From assembly GCF_015234305.1 (NCBI RefSeq), contig NZ_JADGMI010000010.1, forward strand, positions 8,752-40,751: a stretch of 32,000 bases of DNA, in the 5' to 3' direction. Position numbers and translations under genes: made by a program. Below are positions 1 through 9,600 of this stretch, piece by piece. The first letter of the stretch is position 1. Each line of letters starts with the position of its first letter. The DNA comes from Superficieibacter sp. 1612_C1 (GTDB lineage Bacteria; Pseudomonadota; Gammaproteobacteria; Enterobacterales; Enterobacteriaceae). The notes under the pieces were generated by a model. The model made no database searches, was not told the DNA's origin, and worked only from the letters and a program-made list of their open reading frames with translations.

Positions 1-29
1 ATCTCTGTATTATCCTCTTTAAAATGCGG

Positions 30-2165
30 TTAACGTTCTTTCTGGATGGTCCGGCTGAGCGTCTGTTCGTCGTGCTCCGGCATCCGGCCGCGCTCTGCGT
101 TATCCGGGATTCTGATTATATCGCGCTCTGCATTTGCCAGGTCGGCTATGACGCGTGAGGCCCGCGCCAGCTCTCCGGAAGCTTTATCAGCACCGGCCAG
201 TTCACTTCGCACCTGTACCGCAGCCGTCATTTCACGCTCCTCAGCGTTTTCTCCCTCTCTCACACGGGCAATCACCCCCGCATCCGGGGTGAGTGAACCC
301 GGTTTACGCGGATAAACGTCCTCCGGCTTCAGTTTCACCACCTCTTCCTGGGGCACATCTTTCAGCCCTGTCTCCGGTTGCTTACTGCGCCCGGCCTCTT
401 CATTGCGGATCTGTTCTGCCAGCATCTGTTCCCGCTGCTGAAGTGCGTTCTGACTGTCATTAAGCGTGGTGACAATACTCTGCGGTGCATCCTGTCTGAT
501 CCCTCCGCTGACCTTAAGCAGCCATGATGAGGGAGGTTCATCGCCGGTCTGCCAGACCACGCCGTCCTCCGGATTGTTGCGTAGCGCATCAAGCGCGGCT
601 GCCAGGTCACTGGCCACAATGGTATTTCCCGTCCTGCTGCGCTGAAGTACGCCGCCCCGCGCCTCCTCAGTGGCCACCATGCGCAGGTCGCCCTGCGTCA
701 GCCGCCCGTCGGCTCCCGGGACCAGAGAGATAAGGGCAAGGCCAGCGCTTTTCCCGTTATTGTTATAAAGTGGCAGCGCCAGTGCCGGCTCCGGAAAACG
801 ACGGGTGGCAGGGATAATTTTTGCCGTCAGGCTGCGTGCATCCACCGACTGATGACGTGACCAGGTGCGGCCGATGGCGGTGGATGAGACTGACTGCCCC
901 ATTGCCCAGATGGCTCTGGCCTGCTGTCGCCGGGTTTCAGGCTTCAGCGCATCGTGCGCAGTTTTAACATCACTTTCCGGCGTTTTAACGGTCCCTGCCC
1001 ATTCGGCCAGCCCGTCAGTGTAAATCTGCACATGCTCCCGGCCACGTGAGGCCGAAATATAAAAGGCACGGCGGGTGGCCAGATATTCACGGGCAGACTC
1101 TGTCCCCTCCAGCGAGATAACATAATCACTGCTCGCCCCCTGGGCACCGTATCCGGTCACGGCCCATGCATAGTCGATATGTTGTTCAGCACGAACGTCA
1201 ACCGGATTGATAATCCGGCTACCGGTGGGCCCCTTAAGCACTAACTCCCCTTTATCGCTGATGGACTGCACGGTAAATCGCTGATTTCCGGTCTGCCCCC
1301 GTTCACGATCGGTCGCCGTAAAGCGCAGCTCGACGCCGGGCCGGACCTGACGGAAGTCACGTGTGAACAATTCAACGTCGCCGGTGATGAGCTGACGGGG
1401 AGAATACATTCCCGTTTTTCCCTCCTCATCCCGCACAATCACTGTTTCACCGTTTCTGTCAACGGCAACCACATCCTGATAGCGATCGCCGCGTCTGACG
1501 ACCATGCCGGTTTCCCAGGCTTTGATACTGTTAAATTCGTGGCGGGTGTGACTGATTTTATCCAGCACAGGAACGGTGATCTCAGCGTCCCCCAGTTCCC
1601 CCCGTTTCGAGAGCGAGGTATAAATTCCCGCATTCACCGCATGGCGGTCTTTATTCAGCTGGGTGATGATAAGCGTCCGCCCGCGTGCGTCCGGCGTGCG
1701 CCCGATCCAGTCCCTGACAATATTTTTGACCGGCGCAGCGGTTTCCACAATGCTGGCGTCCGGCACAGTGGTGCCGGGTTCGCGGGGTACCCTGTCAACC
1801 GGCAGTGCTTCAATACGTCTGAGGGCGGCATCGATACGATTATCAATAATGTCATGTACTGCCCCCTTCAGTTGCATGTCCTTTTGCCGTACGATTTCTT
1901 TCATCACGGCCACATCCATCGGGCTTCGCTCCTGCATCAGTTTAAAAGGTGAGCCGGAATCAATTGCCTCAAACTGATCGACATCCCCCATTGAGACGGC
2001 GCGTCCACCGCCGTCGCTGATGGCCTGAAACAGCGCCGCCGTATCCTGGTTTCCGCTCATCGAGGATTCATCAATAAGAAAAAGATGGTTGCGGTAGTCT
2101 GGTTTCTCCCCTGCCGTCACCAGTTGATCGTGCTCCACCAGAAAGGATTTAACCGTCTGCGCCGG
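30..2165 (-). pseudogene. traI: 3' remnant of traI (helicase and C-terminal part only). The N-terminal relaxase/nickase domain is missing.
   Basis: ORF 30..2276. From about residue 40 (AQTVKSFLVEHDQL, FLIDESSM, GGGRAVSMGDVDQFEAI, MKEIVRQ, AEQHIDYAWAVTGYGAQGAS) it aligns by eye with F TraI from roughly residue 1040 onward. The first ~40 aa are an out-of-frame read of traD, so there is no native start. Confidence 0.85.
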
Positions 2166-3741
2166 CACGCACCTGGTCCAAACCGTAGCTGTTCTGCTCG
2201 CGGATTTTGCGCCTGCGCTGGTTGCCCAGCTCCTCTTCAACCACTTTGGCCATCTCCGCACTCGGAGAGCGGCCATACATACGGGTGTTCATCAGGTCAA
2301 AGATGCTTTTGGCCAGCTCGCGACCGTAAACGTGAACCAGCTGGGCCATGTTCTGCATGCCCAGTACAAAGCAGCCGCCAAACTTACGTGCTTCGGCCAG
2401 CGTCTCGGCCAGCTCCGGAATGCGCTGCAGGCTCGGGGCTTCATCAATAATGAACCATACGCGGCGATCGCTGTTTTCCCCCATGCTCTGCAGCATTAGC
2501 GTGGCCAGTGACACCCAGAGTGAGATCAGCGGCCGCACGCTCTTGCGGTGACGGGCCTGGGTCGAGATAAACAGCCAGCTGTTGTCATAACGCTCCTGCG
2601 TCATCCACTCGCGGATGGTGAACGGAGGCTTCGTCCCGTCATCCAGCCCCTGCAGATAGCGAAGGGCTTTGGCGTAGTTGGTCACCACCGAGCGAATGGA
2701 GATGGCCGTTTTCTCAATCTTCTCCTCAACCAGGTTGGCTGAAGGGGTGTTGGCCAGATAGTCGCGCAGACTTTTCATGCTGAGGGACAGCAGAGTTTTA
2801 AGGAATTTCTCTATGCTTTTCTCCGGGTCAACTGACATGCGTATGGCGAGATCAGCGAAGATGGTGCGGGAACTGGAGACCCAGAACGGATCGGACTCCC
2901 CTTCCACAGGAATCAGGCTGGCGGCCAGGTTGTCGTAATCGACCGCGTCGACGCACTCCCCCCACATCTGCCAGTTGGCGCAGCGTTCGTCGTGGGCGTT
3001 AAGAATGAAATCGGTGGACGGGTTGTAATGGGTTGCGGTAAAAGTACAGCCGGAGTCGTAGATGATGGCGCGATCACCACGCTTGCGAATGTAGTCGAGT
3101 AGCCAGCGTATAAGGGTTGATTTACCCACCCCGATGGTGCCATGCATCAGAAAATTCAGCACCTCCGCCATTCTGACCATGTACAGATCACCCACACGCA
3201 AATCAGACAGCTCATTATTCTTACGCAGCAGCCTGTTTACCTCAGCAGGCCTGTCGGTCAGCTGCATGCCGGAGATGTACTCGTCCTCACTCTCCCTGCG
3301 GCCAATACCGGCAATGAACCAGGTCACTCCCATAAACACCACCATACTGAAGATGCCGCTGGCACCGGCCGCCCACTGCAGTTCACGCAGCAACAGGTCG
3401 CCCATCGCCTGCATGTACGGGTCAGCGTAAATCTGCGGCAGGGTCATTTTAAGTACCATTGCCGTCGCGGTCGGCGCATACCAGTAGTGAACGTCGTAGA
3501 TTTTTGGCGTGCCCGTTGCCGGCATCAGGTCGATAAAACTGCTGTTGATGCTGGCGAACCACCACAGAGAGCCGTTATCGACAGCTTCCCGGGGAATACG
3601 CCAGAGAAAAATGACGCTTGTCAGTACAGCAAACAGGATGAAGATCCAGAATCCTATCCAGTTATTGACCTGAATGAACATGCGCCAGCGGTAGGCGGTC
3701 ATCTGCCCGCCCTGGGTGAGGTTTTTACCTGCAAAACTCAT
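2149..3741 (-). CDS. traD: Type IV coupling protein TraD, C-terminally truncated (530 aa; F TraD is roughly 720 aa)
   Basis: The N-terminus MSFAGKNLTQGGQ resembles F TraD MSFNAKDMTQGGQ. Walker A is HGTIGVGKS, and EEKIEKTAISIR, RRVWFIIDE and ARKFGGC are conserved. Homology ends near EQNSYG, with a stop at 2149-2151 right at the junction with traI sequence. Confidence 0.9.
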   Translation of the reverse strand: MSFAGKNLTQGGQMTAYRWRMFIQVNNWIGFWIFILFAVLTSVIFLWRIPREAVDNGSLWWFASINSSFIDLMPATGTPKIYDVHYWYAPTATAMVLKMTLPQIYADPYMQAMGDLLLRELQWAAGASGIFSMVVFMGVTWFIAGIGRRESEDEYISGMQLTDRPAEVNRLLRKNNELSDLRVGDLYMVRMAEVLNFLMHGTIGVGKSTLIRWLLDYIRKRGDRAIIYDSGCTFTATHYNPSTDFILNAHDERCANWQMWGECVDAVDYDNLAASLIPVEGESDPFWVSSSRTIFADLAIRMSVDPEKSIEKFLKTLLSLSMKSLRDYLANTPSANLVEEKIEKTAISIRSVVTNYAKALRYLQGLDDGTKPPFTIREWMTQERYDNSWLFISTQARHRKSVRPLISLWVSLATLMLQSMGENSDRRVWFIIDEAPSLQRIPELAETLAEARKFGGCFVLGMQNMAQLVHVYGRELAKSIFDLMNTRMYGRSPSAEMAKVVEEELGNQRRRKIREQNSYGLDQVRAGADG

Positions 3742-3859
3742 AGATAATGTCCGGCCGTTATCGCATCACCGGTACGGTGATGGGGGTTATCAGGAAGGTT
3801 GGGATAAACAGAATGGTTGCCGCGGCTATGGCGGTAAAAAAGCAGAATGTCGTAACAGT

Positions 3860-4261
3860 TCAGCCAAAGATCCAGTCTTCACAGGAGATGTGGGTAACCG
3901 GGAGGTTTGTCGTGATAATACAAACATCTCCGTATCCGCCGTCATGGGATGCGGCATAACGAGCCGCTGAGACCGCATCGCCTTTATGGCTGAATATGGC
4001 GATGGTTTCCTCATTGTTGTACATCCGGCGGACATCGTAGTGGGTACCCGGCGGCAGGTCTTCCTGAATCCAGACGTAGCCGTCAGAGCCTTCCGGTGAG
4101 CCACTGATTTTTCTGAAAGCTGTGCCATACAGTGTCATTCTGTTGTTATCTTCGTGGTTTTCGAAAGTAGTGAGCTCCTGCTCATAGCTTTGGCGTTCAT
4201 CATCAGCGACGGCAAGTGACCAGAATTCAGCAGAGTAACCTTCGCGTACATGTGATTTCAT
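3860..4261 (-). CDS. Hypothetical acidic protein (133 aa from the MKSHVREGY start), family not recognised
   Basis: Open frame with GAGGAA 7 nt upstream of the ATG at 4261. It lies between traT and traD on the tra strand. I recognise no motif. Confidence 0.5.
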   Translation of the reverse strand: MKSHVREGYSAEFWSLAVADDERQSYEQELTTFENHEDNNRMTLYGTAFRKISGSPEGSDGYVWIQEDLPPGTHYDVRRMYNNEETIAIFSHKGDAVSAARYAASHDGGYGDVCIITTNLPVTHISCEDWIFG

Positions 4262-4547
4262 TTCGTCATTCCTCAACTCCCTGACTTACAGCAGGGTGAA
4301 TAAAGTGAACGCCCGTACCGATTGGTACGGACAGAGCGGGTTAAATATTTGACTCTCAGGGTCTGGAGGTTACGGGAAGCGATACGGTAAAGAGTGTCTG
4401 TCACTTCTTTTGAAAATTAAGCACCGGCAGAGATATATCACCTGCTGAAACCCTGCACTGTAGCTGCACAACAGGATGCATGTTGTACAGGCATGTTAAT
4501 CATGCGCTATGATTATGCGCATACTAGATGCACGGGAGATGATGCGC

Positions 4548-4796
4548 ATGAATACCGCCACGCGAGTCAGAAAGAAAAGCACTAATATTTCGCTTGATGC
4601 GGCACTGGTCGAGGAAGCAAAAGCCCTTAACATCAACCTCTCCGCTGCGCTTAACTCAGCGCTGGAGAATGTTGTCAGGGCGCAACGTCAGGCCCGCTGG
4701 CGTGAAGAAAATCAGGCAGCGATTGCCGCGATGAACCGGTTTACGGAAGAACATGCCATACCGGGAAGTAGCGACGGGTTAAGGGTGTTCAAATGA
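4548..4796 (+). CDS. ccdA: CcdA-like type II antitoxin
   Basis: MNTATRVRKKSTNISLD..RQARWREENQAAIAAMNRF resembles F CcdA (..RAERWQAENQEGMAEVARF). GGGAG lies 9 nt upstream of the ATG at 4548. The stop overlaps the ccdB start (ATGA). ATGCGC/GCGCAT repeats lie upstream. Confidence 0.8.
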   Translation: MNTATRVRKKSTNISLDAALVEEAKALNINLSAALNSALENVVRAQRQARWREENQAAIAAMNRFTEEHAIPGSSDGLRVFK

Positions 4797-5104
4797 TTCA
4801 GGGAACAATTTTCCGGCGCCCGGATAACCAGGACTATCCGTACTTTGTTATTGCTCAGTCTGGTCAGCTTGACGATCTCAACACCCGCGTCATAATCCCG
4901 CTGGTACGCTGGCACCCGTCCCTGCCGGGAATGAACAAAATTAACCCAACAATTACGATTGACGATGAGCGGTTTATTTTGATGACGCAGCTCATTCAGA
5001 CCGTATACCTGCATCAGCTGGATGAAGATGATATTCACAGTTACCGCCCTGAGATGAGGGATATGATCGTCAGCGCAGTAGATTTTCTCATTACCGGAAG
5101 CTAG
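4793..5104 (+). CDS. ccdB: CcdB-like gyrase-poison toxin
   Basis: 103 aa and translationally coupled to ccdA. The pattern YFVIAQS..RVIIPLV..INPTITIDDERFILMT parallels F CcdB (LFVDVQS..RMVIPLA..LYPVVHIGDESWRMMT). Confidence 0.75.
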   Translation: MIQGTIFRRPDNQDYPYFVIAQSGQLDDLNTRVIIPLVRWHPSLPGMNKINPTITIDDERFILMTQLIQTVYLHQLDEDDIHSYRPEMRDMIVSAVDFLITGS

Positions 5105-5110
5105 AAATCA

Positions 5111-5128
5111 GGACGACCAGCGTCGTCC
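5111..5128. terminator. Hairpin between convergent ccdB and traT
   Basis: GGACGAC-CAGC-GTCGTCC, a 7-bp perfect stem. It has no strong T-run, so it is weak as an intrinsic terminator. Confidence 0.4.
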
Positions 5129-5135
5129 CGTTAAA

Positions 5136-5867
5136 TTACATAATGCCGGCAATTGATTTAGCCAGTTGTGCTTCAAGCACCGGTTTGGCTTCTTCAAACT
5201 TAAGATTAACCTTGTTGGCGTTGGACACCACCCGGGTCTGATATTTGGCGCGGTTGCCCTGCTCCGTACTGGTCTGCAGCTTAACACCGGACGTTCCCTG
5301 CTTCAGCGCCGCTATGTTGTCGGTAGTAACGGTTGCTTTGCTGCGTTCTGAGATTTGCAGATCGGTCACCATCGTATAGTTGACGTCCTCAACCATCGCA
5401 TCTGCAGCCATACCAATCAATCCGGTGGCCAGCCCTACGCCCAGGGTCGCCCCCGCAGAGCTGGAGTTGTAGGCGGTGATACCGGCACCCAGGGCTGCGC
5501 CCATTGCTGCGCCTTCATAACCGGTCTTCAGGAACCCCTGTGCATCACGCAGGTCCATCTTTTCGGCTTTCAGCACGTTTGCCTGAATCCAGTAGTAGGC
5601 GGTGTCCGGAGAGCTGGAAACCCGGTAGCCTTTAGCCGCCAGTTCATTAGTGATCTGCGCCTGCAGGCCTGACATATCTTTATCGGAAGTATTGCGGATT
5701 TGCAGATAGACCGTTTTCTCTGATGACGGCTCCAGCCAGATGGTTTCACTCATCTGGGTTTTGACATCAAGATTACGCTTTTTCACTGCTGTAGACATGG
5801 CACCACAACCTGAGAGTGCAAAAGTAGAAGCGACCAGAGTCACGACAGCTAATTGTTTTAATTTCAT
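5136..5867 (-). CDS. traT: TraT surface-exclusion / serum-resistance outer-membrane lipoprotein
   Basis: 243 aa. The lipobox is LSGC. It is near-colinear with F TraT ([41 protein letters not shown]). Confidence 0.95.
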   Translation of the reverse strand: MKLKQLAVVTLVASTFALSGCGAMSTAVKKRNLDVKTQMSETIWLEPSSEKTVYLQIRNTSDKDMSGLQAQITNELAAKGYRVSSSPDTAYYWIQANVLKAEKMDLRDAQGFLKTGYEGAAMGAALGAGITAYNSSSAGATLGVGLATGLIGMAADAMVEDVNYTMVTDLQISERSKATVTTDNIAALKQGTSGVKLQTSTEQGNRAKYQTRVVSNANKVNLKFEEAKPVLEAQLAKSIAGIM

Positions 5868-6051
5868 GAGTTCATCCTGTGCATAGAAAAACGTCCCCGT
5901 TAGCGAGACAGAGCTAACAGAGACGTTATTGGCTGATTTGCTGAGAAATTTATATTAATGGTGTGTATAAAAAACCGAAACTAAGAAGCAGTACCGGTTT
6001 TTTTATTTCTTAAAAGGCTAAATTTAGGTAAGGGAAAACATTTAATGATGA

Positions 6052-6648
6052 CTATCTACTAATCAACTTGTTAGCCGTGGACATCAATGGCCCAAGGCCG
6101 TAACGAGCGCTCTGTATGCCGAGATACCCATTGATTATGAAGATTGACATGAACAAAACGACTGGAATAGTTCCAGCTAATAAGATCATCCAATCAGAGA
6201 ACATCCCCACTAGAGATAACAAGGTCGCAATCCCCCACAGTATCAAAAACGTTTTTTTAACCGTAGATTTTATAGAAGCGATTATTTTGGAACGACTTCG
6301 AATGTCCTCAGGTATAGATAGATATATCAATGCTGTCGAATAGCTTATGAGTATAAAAAATATTGCTACTACGGTTGTCACACCGATAGATATCCATCCC
6401 TCATATCCCATAATCAGCTGAGCTGCTTCAAAATAAAATCCTAACTTTTGCCCGGTATTATCTCCTGTCATTACCATCATGGCATAAAAAGAAAACCACA
6501 ACAGAATTACAGTAAGGATCATCATTGCAGGGTATATAGCTACAATCTTGAAAGCTTCTTTAGGCGATGAAACAGGGCGTTCATCACTACCTATCCCTGA
6601 GATAATTTCTGCTATTTCTTTTCTTACATCACCATTTGAGAATGCCAT
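6052..6648 (-). CDS. traS: Polytopic inner-membrane protein in the traS position (putative entry-exclusion protein)
   Basis: 198 aa with several hydrophobic segments. A strong GAGGAGGG SD sits directly after the traG stop. The gene is very AT-rich compared with its neighbours. The call is positional, since traS families are not sequence-conserved. Confidence 0.6.
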   Translation of the reverse strand: MAFSNGDVRKEIAEIISGIGSDERPVSSPKEAFKIVAIYPAMMILTVILLWFSFYAMMVMTGDNTGQKLGFYFEAAQLIMGYEGWISIGVTTVVAIFFILISYSTALIYLSIPEDIRSRSKIIASIKSTVKKTFLILWGIATLLSLVGMFSDWMILLAGTIPVVLFMSIFIINGYLGIQSARYGLGPLMSTANKLISR

Positions 6649-6660
6649 ATACCCTCCTCA

Positions 6661-9600
6661 TCAGCCAACCTTCCTTGATCTTAGCTCTTCTAACCTACGT
6701 TTCATTTCTTCATCATGTTCAGAAGGAGATGATTCCCCTTGCTTCATTCTCTCTTTATTTAAACCATAAGAGAATGAACTTTGTGAATTATCAAGTTCTC
6801 CCTTTAATATATCACTGGATGTCTGAACAGTGGATTGTTTTTTCCCAATTTCTCCAGCAGATTCGTTGATTTTATGCTCATTTTCAGATCTTTGTTCCGC
6901 TACACGCCGCTGTAACTCATTTTGCGGACCAAATCCCTGCCCTGATTGTTGATGCAATTTCTCCTGATTTTCTCTGAAAGTGTCCTGCATGGCGTTGCCA
7001 GGCACCCGCTGCCCTTCGGCATTGACGCCTGAGCGACTATGAGTCATTTCACCCGCCGGGCCTGTTGCCGCCCCCTGCTCTCGTATGATGCCGGAATGGC
7101 GGAAGTCCTGATGCGTCTCAGCAGCAGGACCATACAGTTCCCCTTCAGCAGCGCGCCTTCCGGTATCATTATCGCTGGCTGACGCGGTGACTTTTGCCTG
7201 ATTGTCCCTGAAAGTGTCCTGCATGGCGTTGCCAGGCACCCGCTGCCCTTCGGCATTGACGCCTGAGCGGCTATAGGTCATTTCACCCGCCGGGCCTGTT
7301 GCCGTCCCCTGCGCCCGTATGGTGCCGGAATGGCGGAAGTCCTGATGCGTCTCAGCAGCAGGGTCGGACCGTTCCCTTTCAGCAGCCTGCCCTCCGGTAT
7401 CATTTCCGCTGGCTGACGTGACGATGCTACCCTGCCCGCTTCTTTCCCCTCCGGCTCTGGCAGGACCACCTTCGGCATTTTGTTCAGACCGATCGTATTC
7501 AGAATACCTTCCGTAATGACCGTTTTCGCGCTGCCCGTCAAAGGAATGGCTTTCAGTATGCGTTTGCGGAGCAGCCGATGGCTCACTGCTGTATGTTTGC
7601 CCTGTCCCCGCAGGAGCAGAACCGGCTGATCCGACAGGTGCACTTTCACTTATTGATGGGACTTGTCCGCCCGGCAGGCTCCCCTGTTCCGTAAACTGAT
7701 AAGTACCAGTGGCATGGGCGTTGCCTGCTTCAGCCTGGCTATCAGAGCCGTTGACAGGGCTGTAACGAGTTGCGCCATCATTACCTGCAGAGCCTGCTAC
7801 CTGTTGACTATTGTTAGCTGGCTGGACAATGTGCTCACCACTGAATGCCGCATGTTCACTACCGCTGGCAAGATCTGACCGTCCCTGCTGATAGTCGCCC
7901 ATAATTTCAGGCTTGAGACGCTCATTCACGAACTCCATCGCTGCTTCGCGCGCCGACGGGGCGCTGGTCAGCATGGACTGAGCCCTGTCACCGTATTTGT
8001 TTGCCGCCCAGTCCACAAACTCCTGGGTATAGTTCGTGTCGAGGCTGGCACTCTGGTTCTGGGCCATCGTGGCCATACGGCTGAACTCATTACTCTGGGT
8101 CGAACTGGTGGTGTACTGATGGTACTGGCTCTGAGCATCATTGAGCGTGGCCGCCAGCTGCTGAACATTGCTGCTGGCAGCATTCTCGGTATGACTGGAA
8201 CCATCACTTACGCGGCTGCTGGTAACCATATCCATCCCCTGGCGGAAATCATTAACCGCCTGGCTGTTCTGATCATGTCGCATATCCTGCGTGTGCGATC
8301 CTGAATCCTGAACGCCCCGTGAGCTTCCTGTCGTGTGGCGAGCATCTGCGGAAAGATTTCCTTCTGCGCCCCATTTGGCAACGCCGATATTTATACCACC
8401 GCCCAGCGTGGTTTTTACACCTGCGGACAGGGAACCCTGATTACTGATATCCATCAGCTTGTTATAGGCTTCCTGCGTAGAAATATTGTTTGCCTTAGCA
8501 TAGTTCTCAGCCGCCGACATCATCATGCCGGCACCGCGCGACGCATTAGTCGCCAGGCTGTTTTCACTGCCTCTGGTCAGGCTGTCGCTGCTACCGGTCT
8601 GGTTAGACATCTGTGAGAGCTGCGACCAGCCACTGGTGACGCTGTGGTTGTAGCCATCAAGCGCCGTCTGAGCCTGAACCTGTGACTGCCGGGCTGATTC
8701 CTGGAATCCACTGCTGGCCAGCTGGCTGAGCTTCATGTTCACCGGCAGATTCGACATCGCACCGGAGCCGTCAATAACCGTGTGGCCACCGGCGGTCTGT
8801 GTCTGGGTTGAGCCGTTATCCGCCTGCCACGTCTGCTGGCCCTGACGCTGCACCAGGTTCGTGTCCATCTTGTTCTGGCTGACGTTATCCATCGACATGT
8901 TGTTAAATGACCAGTTGCCGTCTGCCGTGGTGGCAGCCACACCGGCCGACGTGAACGCTCCCGAACTGAGCATACTCCCTGCCACCTGAGAGCCGATCGC
9001 GGCAGCCCCTTTAGTCAGATAGAACGACAGAACCGGGATGGACAATGACAGATAGCCCGCGAGGTTCGCCACATCCGAGTGCTGCAGCGCCACGACATCC
9101 CTGTTGGCCAGTACCAGAGGCGTGCCCCCGGACTGACTCTGAAGCCAGTAGTTAGCGGCGTAGTTAAGAATGGCGAACATCACCGGCCACATCTGGAAGT
9201 AGATAAATCCACCGACGTAAATCTTCAGGGTGTTCAGGCCAAAAAGCGTGTGGTTCGACACGGCCAGCGCAATCATCAGCGGGAAGAGGCACACCAGGAT
9301 AAGCATCAGCAGGGACTGCGCAAACGGCAGCGTCCGCGTCGCCAGCTCGTTACCCGCCGCCCAGCTGAGGCGTTGTTTTGTCGCGGCGTTTTCAGTGGCC
9401 AGATTAAGCAGGTTGGCCGTATCGGATGAACGTGCGGCAAAACCCTTAACCCCCTGCCGTACAGCACTGTTGGTGATGTTGTTCTTCATGATCTGCGCGG
9501 CTGTCATGCCGCCGGAATAGAAGTACCCGTAACTCTCACCCATCGCATTTGAAAGTAATGCCGCGCCGTTCACCTTGTTGCCAAAAACCTTCCGCGTCAG

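Noticed and set aside
2166-2276. The ATG at 2276 as the start of a 748-aa 'TraI' protein
   Set aside because: The first ~40 codons are an alternative-frame read of traD coding DNA. True TraI homology starts only after the deletion junction, so the ORF start is fortuitous.
3142-3747. 201-aa + strand ORF, together with 2085..2450, 2348..2551, 2548..2742 and 3134..3430, opposite traD
   Set aside because: These are shadow ORFs antisense to a well-supported traD frame. They are Arg/His/Pro-rich with no SD and no recognisable motif.
6963-7418. Possibility of a CRISPR array or other spacer-repeat structure
   Set aside because: There are only two long (234-bp) adjacent copies with no unique spacers, and they lie inside a continuous coding frame. 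No CRISPR-like short repeat/spacer periodicity was seen anywhere in the window.
7044-7649. Two similar alternative-frame ORFs (70 aa and 123 aa ending ..RRIRTSAIPA..RGRQQARRVK) that looked like a duplicated small gene
   Set aside because: Their similarity simply mirrors the 234-bp tandem repeat inside traG. They are out-of-frame reads on the same strand.
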